A DNA stretch of 64,000 bases from Desulfuromusa sp. (GCA_033791385.1 JASJGU010000129.1:6843-70842), one strand, 5' to 3'; shown: positions 1 through 10,905, counted from the first letter of the stretch. The notes: generated by a model not told the origin, from the sequence alone. Numbers and translations are program-made.

Positions 1-2
1 AT

Positions 3-173
3 TCCATAGTTCGGTTTCTACACAGTGCCACTGACCCTGCGCTATATCGGTTGCGTCGATTGCTGCCTTTTTTGCAAGCTGGGGCTTTTGACTTTTCACC
101 AATAGCACTGTTGATTCTCCTTTCTGTTGTGCAACAGGTTCTTGTCTCATTTTTGTATCAACTGGCCCGTTGA
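3..173 (+). CDS. yggT: YggT family membrane protein, C-terminal part (5' truncated by the window edge)
   Basis: Own translation of frame 3: SIVRFLHSATDPALYRLRRLLPFLQAGAFDFSPIALLILL...*. It has the YggT T(D/E)P..R and DFSP motifs and lies directly upstream of divIVA. Confidence 0.85.
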   Translation, partial: SIVRFLHSATDPALYRLRRLLPFLQAGAFDFSPIALLILLSVVQQVLVSFLYQLAR

Positions 174-195
174 TTGATCTTTTAAGGGAATAACA

Positions 196-723
196 ATGCG
201 GATTACTCCGATAGAGATTCAGCAACATCAGTTTAAAACTAAAATGTTCGGTTACGATACCTCTGCTGTTGATCCCTTTCTTGAAATGTTGGCTGACGAA
301 CTCGAGCGATTGCATAAGCAGAATAATGAGCTGAAAGAATCTTTGGCCAGAACCAGGACCTCTCTTGACCAGATGCGTGAGCGGGAAAAAGCTTTACAGG
401 AAACGCTGATGACGGCACAGCAGGTGACCAAAGAGTTGAAGATAAATGCACGCAAAGAAGCTGAAATTGTCGTTGCAGAGGCGCATCTTGAAGGTGAACG
501 GGTGATTCGTTGTGCCAACGAACGCCGCGTACAATTACTCAGTGAGATTCAGGAAATCAGACGGCAGAAAATTTCTTTTGAAGGTGGTTTGCGGTCGCTT
601 ATCGAAAACCATTTGAAACTAATGAATATGGATAGTCTGCAGATTGAAGATGATCAACAGGCTCGATTACTGCAGCCATTGATTAGCGATGAAGATATCG
701 ACGGCCAGCTCGATTTTCCCTGA
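196..723 (+). CDS. divIVA: DivIVA domain-containing protein
   Basis: N-terminal ITPIEIQQHQFKTKMFGYD..AVD.FL DivIVA motif followed by a coiled coil. Confidence 0.9.
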   Translation: MRITPIEIQQHQFKTKMFGYDTSAVDPFLEMLADELERLHKQNNELKESLARTRTSLDQMREREKALQETLMTAQQVTKELKINARKEAEIVVAEAHLEGERVIRCANERRVQLLSEIQEIRRQKISFEGGLRSLIENHLKLMNMDSLQIEDDQQARLLQPLISDEDIDGQLDFP

Positions 724-822
724 ACTTCTAACCTCTGCCGTAAACTTTTCTTGACAGGTGGTTCCCCGTCAATTTATGATCCCCCGCTGTTCGGTATATA
801 TAAATCTTTGGAGGTACAAATA

Positions 823-1080
823 ATGCCATTGTATGAATATAAGTGTGAGGATTGTGGACTGAATTTTGAAGTTCGCCAAAAATTTTCTGATGACCCGATT
901 AATACCTGCCGTAACTGCGGAGGGAATGCTAAAAAACTGATATCCCAGACTGCTTTTGCCCTCAAGGGTGGCGGTTGGTATCAGCAAGGTTATTCAGAAG
1001 GGGGAGGGAACAGCTGTCCGGCTCCTGCTGCAGGCAGCAGCGACGCCTGCGCTTCATGTCCTAAAGCGGCCAATGCTTGA
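823..1080 (+). CDS. FmdB family zinc-ribbon regulatory protein
   Basis: MPLYEYKCEDCG...CRNCGG...FALKGGGWY. GGAGG RBS before the ATG at 823, so the start is moved from the ORF-track position 751. Confidence 0.9.
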   Translation: MPLYEYKCEDCGLNFEVRQKFSDDPINTCRNCGGNAKKLISQTAFALKGGGWYQQGYSEGGGNSCPAPAAGSSDACASCPKAANA

Positions 1081-1097
1081 TTCGCTCCGAATTAGTT

Positions 1098-1138
1098 AAA
1101 AATCCCCGTCAGACAAAATCTGGCGGGGATTTTTTTTA
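1098..1138 (+). terminator. Rho-independent terminator
   Basis: aaaaatccccgtcaga-caaaa-tctggcggggattttttttt stem-loop with U-tract. Confidence 0.85.
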
Positions 1139-1236
1139 CTTTTTTGCAGCGATGAAACCAGGTTTACAAACTGGCCGTGCTTACGTATAGTTTAATTTCT
1201 TGAGTGTTTGAAATACTTTTTTAAGGAGGCCTCCAA

Positions 1237-2094
1237 GTGGCAGAAATTATTGATGGAAAACTAATCGCAGCAGAGATGAGACAACAGATTTCCGCTGATG
1301 TAGAGGTGCTCATTGACAAAGGGGTGACCCCGGGTTTGGCAGTTGTGCTGGTCGGCGAAGACCCGGCGAGCCGGGTTTATGTTTCAATGAAAGAGAAAGC
1401 GTGTGCCGCTACCGGTATTTATTCCGTTGAGCATAAATTGACTGCTGAAACGAGTGAAGCTGAGTTGCTGGTGTTGATTGACAATTTGAATGGTGATGAG
1501 AAGATTGATGGTATTCTGGTGCAATTACCGCTTCCTGGGCATATAGATGAAGCCAAGGTTCTTGAGGCAATCTCTCCGGATAAGGATGTTGATGGTTTCC
1601 ATCCCTACAATGTCGGTCGCCTGGTAACTGGGAACCCAGTGTTTCAACCATGTACCCCCTATGGTGTAATGAAAATGCTTGAGCACACCGGGGTTGATCT
1701 GAAGGGTAAAGAGGTTGTTATTATCGGGCGCTCCAACATTGTTGGTAAGCCGGTGGCGTTGATGTGCTTGGCCGAACATGCAACAGTCACGATCTGTCAT
1801 TCAAGAACAGTTGATCTACCGCAAAAAGTTGCCACCGCCGATGTTGTTATCGCAGCTGTTGGTCAGCCTGAAATGATTAAGGGAGCCTGGATCAAAAAAG
1901 GGGCAGTTGTGATTGATGTCGGTGTTAATCGGGTCGGTGAAAAGAAGTTAGTTGGTGATGTCGAATTTGTCGCTGCCTGCGAGAATGCCGCTGCTATCAC
2001 CCCGGTCCCCGGTGGTGTTGGGCCGATGACCATTACCATGCTCCTTTACAATACTCTCGTAAGTGCTAAACGCCGGGCCGGACAGCAGAATTGA
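1237..2094 (+). CDS. folD: Bifunctional methylenetetrahydrofolate dehydrogenase/cyclohydrolase
   Basis: GILVQLPLP, KDVDGFHP, GRSNIVGKP and TPVPGGVGPMT motifs. Confidence 0.97.
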   Translation: MAEIIDGKLIAAEMRQQISADVEVLIDKGVTPGLAVVLVGEDPASRVYVSMKEKACAATGIYSVEHKLTAETSEAELLVLIDNLNGDEKIDGILVQLPLPGHIDEAKVLEAISPDKDVDGFHPYNVGRLVTGNPVFQPCTPYGVMKMLEHTGVDLKGKEVVIIGRSNIVGKPVALMCLAEHATVTICHSRTVDLPQKVATADVVIAAVGQPEMIKGAWIKKGAVVIDVGVNRVGEKKLVGDVEFVAACENAAAITPVPGGVGPMTITMLLYNTLVSAKRRAGQQN

Positions 2095-2247
2095 TTTAAA
2101 TACTAATATTCAAGATGTACAGATGCCAAAGTATTTGCTACAACGCTCTGAGGAGATGCTTGGTCTTTTGCATGCAGAGTGTTTTGGGTGTGGATATCTG
2201 ATTCTTCAAATGCAGGCAGATTTCATTACGCTATAAGGAGTTCGCTG

Positions 2248-3336
2248 ATGAAAAAAACACCCCTAAATCAGATCCACCGGCAACTGGGCGCTCGTATGGT
2301 TGATTTTGGTGGCTGGGATATGCCGGTCCAGTATTCTGGCGTTATTGCTGAGCACTTAGCGGTTCGATCTGCTGCTGGTCTGTTCGATGTCTCCCACATG
2401 GGGGAAATCGAGGTTTCCGGGTCGCAAGCATTTGACTTTTTGCAGTACGCAACCACCAACGATCTGTCACAGCTTGTCGATGGTCAAGTGCAGTATACGG
2501 CGTTATGCTATGAAACTGGTGGTGTGGTTGATGACCTGACCCTTTATCGTTTCGCCGCTGACAGCTATCTTCTCTGTGTTAATGCGTCCAATAGTGACAA
2601 GGACTTTGCCTGGTTGCAGGATTTACAGAAGGGTTCTGATTATAGTGACTTGATCTTGGTCAATCGTAGTGAGGAATATGTTCAGCTGGCATTGCAGGGG
2701 CCGATTGCTGCAGAGATCCTAGCAAAACTGACCACAGCGGATCTCCCGGCACTGAAATTTTATCGGTTTGTTGAGGATAAAGTTGCTGGTATCGAGATGA
2801 TTATCTCACGCACTGGTTATACTGGTGAAGATGGCTTTGAGCTCTATTGTCCTGCAGATGATGGTGCCAATCTCTGGCAGGAGCTGATGGCTGCCGGTCA
2901 ACCGTTAGGGTTGCAGCCTATTGGTCTTGGCGCTCGCGATACCCTGCGTTTAGAAAAGGCCTATGCTCTATACGGCCATGAAATCACCGCAGATATTATG
3001 CCGCTTGAGGCGCGCTTGGCATGGATTACCAAATTGAAAAAAGGGACTTTCGTCGGCCGTGATGCCATGGTTAACGCGAAAGAAATGGGTCTTCCACGAC
3101 AGTTGATTGCTCTGACTCTGACTGAGCCGGGAGTGCCACGGGAGGGTTATCCAGTTTTTTGTGCTGGTCAGGAGGTCGGTTACGTGACCAGTGGTACGAT
3201 GTCTCCCAGTTTGAAAAAGGGCATCGCTCTGGCTTTAGTTGAAACTGCTGTAGCGAAGAGTGATCAAACTCTGGAAATAGGGATTCGTAAACGTCAAATT
3301 CCCGCTGAACGAACCACTCTGCCATTTGTAAAATAA
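2248..3336 (+). CDS. gcvT: Glycine cleavage system aminomethyltransferase T
   Basis: MKKTPL, GLFDVSHMGEI, RTGYTGEDGFE, GLGARDTLRLE. AAGGAG RBS before the ATG at 2248. Confidence 0.96.
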   Translation: MKKTPLNQIHRQLGARMVDFGGWDMPVQYSGVIAEHLAVRSAAGLFDVSHMGEIEVSGSQAFDFLQYATTNDLSQLVDGQVQYTALCYETGGVVDDLTLYRFAADSYLLCVNASNSDKDFAWLQDLQKGSDYSDLILVNRSEEYVQLALQGPIAAEILAKLTTADLPALKFYRFVEDKVAGIEMIISRTGYTGEDGFELYCPADDGANLWQELMAAGQPLGLQPIGLGARDTLRLEKAYALYGHEITADIMPLEARLAWITKLKKGTFVGRDAMVNAKEMGLPRQLIALTLTEPGVPREGYPVFCAGQEVGYVTSGTMSPSLKKGIALALVETAVAKSDQTLEIGIRKRQIPAERTTLPFVK

Positions 3337-3377
3337 TTCACAATGCACGCCCACTGGGCATTACCGTTAAGGAGGAT

Positions 3378-3764
3378 ATGATGGATTTTCCCGAGGAACT
3401 TAAATACACCGAAGATCATGAATGGGTGCTTGTCGAAGCCGATGTTGCTACAATTGGAATTACCGATTTTGCTCAAGATCAACTTGGCGATGTTGTTTTT
3501 GTCGAGTTACCAGAAGTTGGTGACACCTTGGAGATGGGAAAAACATTCGGCGTTGTAGAATCGGTTAAGGCCGTTTCTGATGTTTACGCTCCGATCAGTG
3601 GTGAAGTTATAGAAATTAATGAAGAGCTTCCTGATGGTCCGGAAGCGCTGAATACTTCTCCTTACGAGGATGGCTGGATGATCAAGGTTAGATTGGCCGA
3701 TCCTGCAGCTTTAGACAATTTGATGGATGTTTCGGACTACCAAAAGTTTATTGAGGAAGATTGA
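3378..3764 (+). CDS. gcvH: Glycine cleavage system H protein
   Basis: YTEDHEWV, GITDFAQDQLGDVVFVELP and the lipoyl-lysine motif VESVKAVSD. Confidence 0.97.
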   Translation: MMDFPEELKYTEDHEWVLVEADVATIGITDFAQDQLGDVVFVELPEVGDTLEMGKTFGVVESVKAVSDVYAPISGEVIEINEELPDGPEALNTSPYEDGWMIKVRLADPAALDNLMDVSDYQKFIEED

Positions 3765-3829
3765 TCTTTAAAATCACTATAGCGGTTAGTTAGCTTCTGA
3801 AAGTTAATGTAATAGTTGAAAGGATAATT

Positions 3830-5179
3830 ATGCGTTATCTGCCTCATACTGATGTGGATGTGCAGCAAATGCTCGACCAGATTGGTGTGTCGACCATTGA
3901 CGAGTTGTTTTCTGGTGTACCGGATGACTGCCGGCTGAAAAGACCACTGGATCTACCTGCAGCAAAATCAGAATCTGAAACATTGCATTTTTTGCGTGGG
4001 CTTGCAGAACAGAACACTAAAACTTCTGACTGGGATTCTTTTCTTGGTGGTGGTGCCTATAACCATTTTATTCCGTCGGTTGTCGATCAACTTGTCAGCC
4101 GGAGTGAATTTTATACTGCCTATACCCCTTATCAGCCTGAGATCAGCCAGGGAACTTTGCAAGCTATCTTTGAGTTTCAGACCTTGATCTGTCAACTGAC
4201 CGGGATGGATGTCGCCAACGCGTCAATGTATGACGGCGCTTCCGCGTGTGCTGAAGCGGTTCTGTTGACTATCCGTGCAGCGAAAAAGCGCCATAAAGTT
4301 TTGTTGTCGCAGGCATTGCCACCACAATATCGAGAAACCGTTGCAACCTATTGTCGCTATCTCGAAGTGAACCTGATTGACGTCCCGTCGCAAAATGGTG
4401 TGACGGATCAATCTGAGCTAAAAGCATTGCTGGATGATCAGGTTGCTGCCGTCGTTGTTGGCTACCCAAACTATTTCGGTCAGATTGAAGATCTTGCAAC
4501 CATTGCTGATCTGACCCATGCAGCTGGGGCACGTTTGGTGGCTGCTGTAGCTGAGCCACTAGCTCTGGCGCTGTACAAATCGCCTGGTGAACTAGGTGCC
4601 GATGTGGTTGTTGGTGAGGGGCAGAGTTTTGGTGTGCCTCTTTCCTATGGCGGTCCTGGAATTGGTTTCTTTGCTGTCCGTAAGCGGGATATGCGGTCTC
4701 TGCCGGGCCGTCTGGTTGGTGAGACGGTGGATCAGGATGGTAAGCGGGGGTTTGTCCTGACTCTGGCGACTCGTGAGCAACATATCCGGCGCGAAAAAGC
4801 GACGTCCAATATCTGTTCAAATCAGGGTATGAATGTTTTAATTGTCAGTATTTATCTGGCTTTACACGGCAAACAGGGACTGCGTCAACTGGCAGAAGCC
4901 AACTATGCAAAAGCCGCTTATGCCAGGGAGAAAATTGGTCAGTTGGATGGATTTGCTGTGGCCTTCTCCGGGGAGTCTTTCAATGAATTTGTCATTACTT
5001 GTTCCGAGTCGGTGGCTACTTTGAAAATGCGACTGGAGCAGCAGAACATTCTGGCTGGAATTTCTCTTGGCAGGGATTATTCTGATTTGGAAAATTGTCT
5101 GCTGATCTGCGTCACCGAACAGAACAGCCGGGAACAGATTGATCGGCTGGTGATGGCACTGGCAGGAGGTGAGGCATGA
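3830..5179 (+). CDS. gcvPA: Glycine dehydrogenase (decarboxylating) subunit 1
   Basis: [42 protein letters not shown]. Confidence 0.96.
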   Translation: MRYLPHTDVDVQQMLDQIGVSTIDELFSGVPDDCRLKRPLDLPAAKSESETLHFLRGLAEQNTKTSDWDSFLGGGAYNHFIPSVVDQLVSRSEFYTAYTPYQPEISQGTLQAIFEFQTLICQLTGMDVANASMYDGASACAEAVLLTIRAAKKRHKVLLSQALPPQYRETVATYCRYLEVNLIDVPSQNGVTDQSELKALLDDQVAAVVVGYPNYFGQIEDLATIADLTHAAGARLVAAVAEPLALALYKSPGELGADVVVGEGQSFGVPLSYGGPGIGFFAVRKRDMRSLPGRLVGETVDQDGKRGFVLTLATREQHIRREKATSNICSNQGMNVLIVSIYLALHGKQGLRQLAEANYAKAAYAREKIGQLDGFAVAFSGESFNEFVITCSESVATLKMRLEQQNILAGISLGRDYSDLENCLLICVTEQNSREQIDRLVMALAGGEA

Positions 5180-6633
5180 TGAGTACAGAAGGTCGTGGTT
5201 TAGTTTTGGAAGAGAACCTGCTATTTGAGCAGTCCCAGCCTGGGCGGATAGGGTACAGTATCACCAGCCTTGACGTTCCCGCTGCTTGTCCCGACAGCCG
5301 ACTGACTCGGGAAGACATTGCTGGTTTTCCTGAGCTTTCAGAGGTTGACGTGGTGCGCCATTATACTCGCTTGTCGACCTGGAACTATGGTGTAGACAGT
5401 GGTTTTTACCCCCTTGGCAGTTGTACGATGAAGTACAATCCAAAAGTCAACGAAACAGCAGCACGCTTGCCTGGATTTGCTGATATCCATCCACAAACTC
5501 CAGAAGCTCTCAATCAGGGGGCTCTTGAACTGATGTACAATTTACAGCGTGATCTGGGCGAAATCTCCGGATTTCCGGCAATCACTTTGCAGCCGGCAGC
5601 CGGTGCACAGGGTGAATTTGCTGGCATGCTGATGATTCGCGCCTGGCATGAAGCGAACGGTCAAAAGCGCCATAAGGTTATCATTCCCGATACCGCCCAT
5701 GGAACCAACCCCGCATCAGCAGCGCTGTGCGGTTATGAAGTTGTGACCGTTGCTTCGAATGGCATTTTGAGTAAAGAAGCAGTAGCCGCTGTGATGGATG
5801 ATGATGTCGCCGCGTTGATGGTGACCAACCCCAATACTCTTGGTTTGTTTGAAGCGGATATTCGTGGAATCTGTGATCTGGTCCACGAGCGAGGCGGGCT
5901 GGTTTACAGTGATGGCGCTAACCTCAATGCGTTGATGGGGAAGAGTCGTCCTGGCGATATCGGCATTGATGTTATGCACTTTAACTTGCATAAGACTTTT
6001 TCTACTCCGCATGGTGGTGGTGGACCAGGTTCTGGTCCGGTCGGGGTGGTAGAAAAACTAATACCATTCCTTCCAGTTCCGGTGATTATTAAAGGTGATG
6101 ATGATTTTAAGCTTAAATACGATTGTCCAAAGTCGATCGGGCGGTTGAAATCATTTTACGGTCATTTTGGTATTTTGGTTCGTGCTTACAGTTATATTTT
6201 GTCGATGGGCGGGGAAGGGTTAAAACGTGCCACTGAGCTGGCGGTCCTTAATGCAAATTATATTCGAGCCCGGCTTGAAGGTGAATATGATTTACCCAAC
6301 AAGCAACGTTCATTACATGAAGTGGTATTTTCCGAAGATGCACTGCAGAACGAATGTCACACCCTCGATGTCGCCAAGCGACTGATAGATTACGGTTACC
6401 ATCCTCCGACTATCTATTTTCCGCTGGTTGTACATGGTGCATTAATGATTGAACCAACTGAGACCGAAAGTAAGCAGACTCTCGATGAGTTCTGTGATGC
6501 TTTGCTGGCGATTGCTGAGGAAGCGAGGACCTCTCCAGAGTTACTTAAGCAAGCACCGGTTCGGGCTAAGGTGAAACGGCTGGATGAAGCCACCGCAGCG
6601 CGTAAGCCTAGGTTGCGCTGGGAGCTAGAATAG
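5176..6633 (+). CDS. gcvPB: Glycine dehydrogenase (decarboxylating) subunit 2
   Basis: [12 protein letters not shown], the PLP-lysine motif [18 protein letters not shown], and [10 protein letters not shown]. Confidence 0.96.
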   Translation: MMSTEGRGLVLEENLLFEQSQPGRIGYSITSLDVPAACPDSRLTREDIAGFPELSEVDVVRHYTRLSTWNYGVDSGFYPLGSCTMKYNPKVNETAARLPGFADIHPQTPEALNQGALELMYNLQRDLGEISGFPAITLQPAAGAQGEFAGMLMIRAWHEANGQKRHKVIIPDTAHGTNPASAALCGYEVVTVASNGILSKEAVAAVMDDDVAALMVTNPNTLGLFEADIRGICDLVHERGGLVYSDGANLNALMGKSRPGDIGIDVMHFNLHKTFSTPHGGGGPGSGPVGVVEKLIPFLPVPVIIKGDDDFKLKYDCPKSIGRLKSFYGHFGILVRAYSYILSMGGEGLKRATELAVLNANYIRARLEGEYDLPNKQRSLHEVVFSEDALQNECHTLDVAKRLIDYGYHPPTIYFPLVVHGALMIEPTETESKQTLDEFCDALLAIAEEARTSPELLKQAPVRAKVKRLDEATAARKPRLRWELE

Positions 6634-6649
6634 TTTCAGTTGCTGTTTT

Positions 6650-6677
6650 ACTGCCCGGTTATGCCGGGCAGTTTTTT
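6650..6677 (+). terminator. Rho-independent terminator after the gcv operon
   Basis: actgcccgg-ttatg-ccgggcagt followed by ttttt, between convergent genes. Confidence 0.8.
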
Positions 6678-6681
6678 ATTT

Positions 6682-7677
6682 TTAACGGCCGAATATCGCT
6701 TGGCCACTAAGCCTATAACTGAAATTAGCACGAATTTTGAGTTTATCGTGCGGATAATGTTTTGTTAAGGGCCCGTATGGGGCCGCCCGGTAAACCGCCT
6801 GGATTGCTTCAAAATCCAGCAGGTCCGAACCGCTGGTACGCATCAGATCGACATCAAGCAGTTCTCCTTTTTTGTTGACAATAATCTCCAATTGCAATGT
6901 TCCCTCAATGCCGTTCATGGCTGCTTCATTTGGGTAGTTCCAGACAAGTTCTATTTGATCATGAAAGCGGCGAAAGAAGGAAATCAACAAATTGTGCTGT
7001 AGATTTAACCAGACGGTGTCACCAATCTCGACATCTTTGCGTTCCTTGCTTCGGTTGCGATCTGCTTGACTCCCACGGGCAATTTTATCCAGGGTGCTGA
7101 AATCTGGACGCAGTTGTTCTGGGGAGAGAAGCGGTGGCAGGGATTTTGGTATCTCTGGCTGCTCTATAACTGGTGCCGTGGGTTTTTCTGCTACCTTTTC
7201 TAGGGGCTGTTCTTTGACCGGTCGAGTAGTTTTCGGAACGTTTTTTTGTGGTTGTTTTTGGACTAATTTGTCCTGGGGTTTCTGTTTCTGCTGCGGTGGA
7301 AGGGTTGGTATTGGTGGTTTAGTTGTCTGATCACGGACATCTTCCCCTTTAGGGGCTTGTTCTTGATCTACCTTCTGATCTCTCTCTGCCTGGCGGAATG
7401 ATTCAACCGGAATTTTTGGCAGTGGTGTTACTGGTTGTTGATCTATCTCAAACTCACGCGGTTTTTCCGGTTGTGGTTTTTTTGTTTGGGCTGGGCTATC
7501 CACCAAGTGGACAATCGTTGGTTGTTGTTGTAACGGTTGTAGCTTGTCCTGTTGTTGAAAAAGCGGGAGAACCAGAACCAGCAACAGGTGTAGTACTATC
7601 GACAACAACAGGCTGAGAACGAGCAGTCGTGGTCGATCTCTGGATCGTTCTGGTTTGGTAGAGTGAAGAAGGTTCAT
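6682..7677 (-). CDS. TonB family energy transducer (TonB C-terminal domain)
   Basis: N-terminal TM helix with SIVLH, a Pro/Gln/Lys-rich linker, and C-terminal YP..A...GIEG....I.V...G......TSG...LD.EA..AV. Confidence 0.85.
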   Translation of the reverse strand: MNLLHSTKPERSRDRPRLLVLSLLLSIVLHLLLVLVLPLFQQQDKLQPLQQQPTIVHLVDSPAQTKKPQPEKPREFEIDQQPVTPLPKIPVESFRQAERDQKVDQEQAPKGEDVRDQTTKPPIPTLPPQQKQKPQDKLVQKQPQKNVPKTTRPVKEQPLEKVAEKPTAPVIEQPEIPKSLPPLLSPEQLRPDFSTLDKIARGSQADRNRSKERKDVEIGDTVWLNLQHNLLISFFRRFHDQIELVWNYPNEAAMNGIEGTLQLEIIVNKKGELLDVDLMRTSGSDLLDFEAIQAVYRAAPYGPLTKHYPHDKLKIRANFSYRLSGQAIFGR

Positions 7678-7702
7678 AGTCTCGCGATTATAACGGGAAT
7701 TT

Positions 7703-7727
7703 CCAGCTACGACCAGCTACGACCAGC
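7703..7727. repeat. 10-bp tandem direct repeat (CCAGCTACGA x2.5)
   Basis: ccagctacga ccagctacga ccagc read directly in the tonB/pta divergent intergenic region. Confidence 0.8.
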
Positions 7728-7754
7728 CTGGTAGGGATGTAACATGAAAAAGGA

Positions 7755-7784
7755 TTGACCCTTGGTTTTGCCATTAGGTATAAA
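7755..7784 (+). promoter_or_regulatory. Candidate sigma70 promoter for pta
   Basis: TTGACC-N18-TATAAA about 60 bp upstream of the pta ATG. Confidence 0.45.
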
Positions 7785-7843
7785 CATGAAACCTAACGGA
7801 TAACACATTACACGGAATATTATCATACCTAGAGGAGGAAAAG

Positions 7844-8845
7844 ATGCATCTTGTTGACCAGATCAAAGCAAAGGCCCGTTCTAATTTACAGACGGTTGTT
7901 TTGCCGGAAGGATATGATGATCGCATGGTTGAAGCTTCAGCACGGATTGTTGGTGACAAACTGGCTAAAATTGTGCTGTTGGGTAATCCTGCAACACTCA
8001 AAGCCAAGGCAACAGATTTAGGAGTTTCTCTGGATGGAGTGACCATTGTCGAGCCTGAAAACTTTGATCAGCTTGATCAATATGCTGATGAATTAGTGGA
8101 ATTACGCAAGAAAAAAGGACTAAGTCACAAAGATGCCATTGCCCTGTTGACTGCTGACGATAATCTCTATTTTGCTGCTATGATGGTGCGCAAGGGTGAC
8201 GCCGGCGGTGCTGTAGCTGGGGCTTTTAATACGACTGGAGATGTCTTACGTGCGGCGTTTCAAGTAATTGGAACGGCCCCGGGAATGAAAACGGTCTCCT
8301 CAGTTTTTCTCATGGTGACTAAAAACCCGGAGTTTGGTGAAAATGGTATACTCTGTTTTGCCGATTGCGCTGTTAATCCGAACCCTGAGGCTCAGGCTTT
8401 GGCAGAAATTGCCATCAGTACGGCTGCCAGTTGTAAGAGCTTTCTCGGGGTCGATGCCCGGGTTGCAATGCTTAGTTTTTCCACCAAAGGGAGTGCGGCT
8501 CATAGTGATTGCGACAAAGTTCTAAATGCACTTAACATTGCCAGAGAATTGGCTCCAGATCTGGCGATTGACGGCGAACTGCAACTTGATGCGGCTCTTA
8601 TCCCGAAGGTTGGAGATAAAAAGGCTCCGGGTTCCAGTGTTGCCGGTTACGCCAATACCCTGATTTTTCCAGATCTGGATGCCGGAAATATCGGCTATAA
8701 ATTAGTCGAACGCCTTGGTGGGGCTGAAGCGGTTGGGCCGATCATCCAGGGGCTGGCAAAGCCAGTGAACGATTTGTCACGTGGTTGTTCAATTGATGAT
8801 ATTATCAGCGTTTCAGCAATTACTGCGGTTCAGGCGCAGAGTTGA
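7844..8845 (+). CDS. pta: Phosphate acetyltransferase (short, catalytic-domain-only class)
   Basis: [56 protein letters not shown]. Confidence 0.96.
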   Translation: MHLVDQIKAKARSNLQTVVLPEGYDDRMVEASARIVGDKLAKIVLLGNPATLKAKATDLGVSLDGVTIVEPENFDQLDQYADELVELRKKKGLSHKDAIALLTADDNLYFAAMMVRKGDAGGAVAGAFNTTGDVLRAAFQVIGTAPGMKTVSSVFLMVTKNPEFGENGILCFADCAVNPNPEAQALAEIAISTAASCKSFLGVDARVAMLSFSTKGSAAHSDCDKVLNALNIARELAPDLAIDGELQLDAALIPKVGDKKAPGSSVAGYANTLIFPDLDAGNIGYKLVERLGGAEAVGPIIQGLAKPVNDLSRGCSIDDIISVSAITAVQAQS

Positions 8846-8910
8846 TGGGTTTTTTGAACTCCAATTTCTCGTGTGACGCAGCCGGAGTGGAACGCCTGAT
8901 ATGAGAATAA

Positions 8911-9190
8911 GAGTGGCAAATGTTTGAGGGCAATGCCCGAGCTTTTGCCACTCCTCAAAACAGCTGTGGAATGTAGGGGGGGCCGCCACCCCGCGACCTT
9001 GTGGGTTTTTAGCCCGTATTCGGGGGGACACGCAATAAGTATATGTCCCCTGCATACTTCCTTAAGTTAGCATCATGCGGGACCGTTCCCAGAGTCATCG
9101 GGGGTCTGTCCCAAGAGTTTACGAAGCATGAAACAGTGGTGGCTTGCACCGCAACAACCTGGGACAGCCCCCGTGCGGGTACGGTCCCGC
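8911..9190. repeat. Cluster of GC-rich inverted repeats (REP-like elements or a structured RNA)
   Basis: Stems 8911-8920/8944-8953 and 9024-9030/9044-9050, and nested stems 9077-9086/9181-9190 plus 9099-9113/9160-9173. Confidence 0.6.
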
Positions 9191-9252
9191 TTTTGCTGAA
9201 TGGTTGATTTCTTGAACAGAGGATCCCTTTCCAGATACTCTAGTGAACGGTT

Positions 9253-9927
9253 ATGATACAACTCTTCAATGTGACTAAAAAATACGGCGGCGATGCTGCT
9301 GCAGTTAAAGATTTGACGCTGCAGATTGGTAAGGGGGAATTTCTCTATATTACCGGAGCTTCTGGAGCAGGGAAAACGACTTTACTGCGCATGCTCTACG
9401 CTGCGGAGAAACCAACCCGTGGACAGATTCTGATCGATCGGCAAAATGTTTCGCGTATTCGCAGCCGGCAGATTCCTTTTCTCCGGCGTAAAATTGGAGT
9501 GGTTTTCCAGGATTTTAAGTTGTTGCAGAGCCGGACAGTTTATGAAAATGTGGCATTTGCCTTGGAAGCTCAAGGGAAAAAGCGATACGAAGTGAGCAAG
9601 AAGGTCTACCAGGTTTTAAAAGAGGTTGGTCTGGAACATCGCCTGCAACGAAAGCCTCTGGAACTTTCGGGGGGAGAGCAGCAACGTATTGCCATTGCTC
9701 GGGCTCTGGTGGTTGACCCTTTGATTCTTTTGGCTGATGAACCGAGTGGCAATCTTGATCAGGATGTGACTTTTGAAATTATGGATCTGTTCAAACGCGC
9801 CAATTCTCGTGGCACGACAGTTCTTCTGGCGACTCATGATCATAGCTTGAATCAACGCTTTCCACGGCGGGTGCTAACTTTGGAACAAGGTAAATTGGTC
9901 GGTGATCAGCAGCCACTGCAGGTATAA
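9253..9927 (+). CDS. ftsE: Cell division ATP-binding protein FtsE
   Basis: [32 protein letters not shown]; followed by ftsX. Confidence 0.95.
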   Translation: MIQLFNVTKKYGGDAAAVKDLTLQIGKGEFLYITGASGAGKTTLLRMLYAAEKPTRGQILIDRQNVSRIRSRQIPFLRRKIGVVFQDFKLLQSRTVYENVAFALEAQGKKRYEVSKKVYQVLKEVGLEHRLQRKPLELSGGEQQRIAIARALVVDPLILLADEPSGNLDQDVTFEIMDLFKRANSRGTTVLLATHDHSLNQRFPRRVLTLEQGKLVGDQQPLQV

Positions 9928-9928
9928 A

Positions 9929-9964
9929 TTGCTTAGTCATCTTATGATTTTTTGCGAGATCATC
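9929..9964 (+). repeat. Right-end fragment of the MITE family seen at 24063-24214
   Basis: ttgcttagtcatcttatgattttttgcgagatcatc matches 24179-24214 at 27 of 36 positions, ungapped, by hand alignment. Confidence 0.65.
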
Positions 9965-10008
9965 AACTTTGATATACATTTCAGATAGTCGTACTGGAGG
10001 TTCCAGCT

Positions 10009-10905
10009 GTGCTGGATAAAATTCGCTACTTTATTATGCGTGCCCTGCGCAACATGCGTCAGTGGCCGTTTCTTTGTTCGGCATCCATTCTGACGATGGC
10101 TATTGCACTGGCGACCGTTGCTACGTTTTTTCTAGTGGTTGTCAACATTGAACAATTAGCCTTACGCTGGACCAAAGAAATTCAAGTCATCGCCTATTTA
10201 CAAAAAGCTCCAAATTCACAGAATATTGCTGCCCTGACCAAAAAGTTGAAAAGCTTCCCTGAGGTTGAGTCGGTCAATTATGTGTCTCAGGCTGATGCAA
10301 TGCAGCGTTTCAAAAAGCATTTAGGTGTGGATGCCAGCTTATTGGAAGGGGTTAGTCAGAATCTTCTGCCCGCTTCTTTTGAACTGGGGCTCCATCCTGA
10401 CTATCGCAATCAACAGGGGATTGCCACGGTTGTTGAACAATTGGAGAATAACCTTGAGGTTGATGATTTACGCTATGGACAGAAGTGGCTGGAGCGCTTC
10501 AATAACTTCGTTGGAATGATGCGTTTTGTCGGGATCATCCTCGGCGGTTTTCTAATATTTGGGGCGTTGTTCATTGTCTCAAATACGATTAAATTGACGC
10601 TCTATGCGCGGCGGGATGAACTAGAAATTATGGCTCTGGTTGGCGCGACAATGCGTTTTATCAAGGTTCCATTTATGCTTGAGGGTGCCATCCAGGGTCT
10701 GTTGGGTGGTTTGCTCTCTCTGGCTTTCTTAGCTCTCTCTTTTGTGTTTGTGATTTCCCGCAGTCTCAATACTTTCTGGCTGACTCCGGCCGATTTTGAT
10801 CTTCTATTTTTGACGCTGGACCAGCAAATTATACTTGTTCTTTCTGGCGTTGCTCTGGGAATTCTCGGTAGCCTCTCGTCTTTGCGACGTTTTGTCCGTA
10901 TCTGA
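10009..10905 (+). CDS. ftsX: Cell division permease FtsX
   Basis: Four-TM layout with NTIKLTLYARRDELEIMALVGAT..FIKVPFMLEG. Confidence 0.95.
   Translation: MLDKIRYFIMRALRNMRQWPFLCSASILTMAIALATVATFFLVVVNIEQLALRWTKEIQVIAYLQKAPNSQNIAALTKKLKSFPEVESVNYVSQADAMQRFKKHLGVDASLLEGVSQNLLPASFELGLHPDYRNQQGIATVVEQLENNLEVDDLRYGQKWLERFNNFVGMMRFVGIILGGFLIFGALFIVSNTIKLTLYARRDELEIMALVGATMRFIKVPFMLEGAIQGLLGGLLSLAFLALSFVFVISRSLNTFWLTPADFDLLFLTLDQQIILVLSGVALGILGSLSSLRRFVRI

Noticed and set aside
2095-2247. Glycine riboswitch expected upstream of gcvT
   Set aside because: A stem (aacgctctg/cagagtgtt) exists, but the conserved GGAGA...CCGAAG...CTCTCAGG aptamer elements are not present. It may be a degenerate repeat.
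9077-9190. SRP (4.5S) RNA or 6S RNA
   Set aside because: Right size and rod shape for SRP, but there is no CAGG-GNRA-AGCA helix-8 motif on either strand. It is too short for 6S and lacks the usual context.
8813-9261. ORF-track peptides 8813..9055 and 9073..9261 (minus)
   Set aside because: No RBS, no family motifs, and they run through inverted repeats. Likely spurious.
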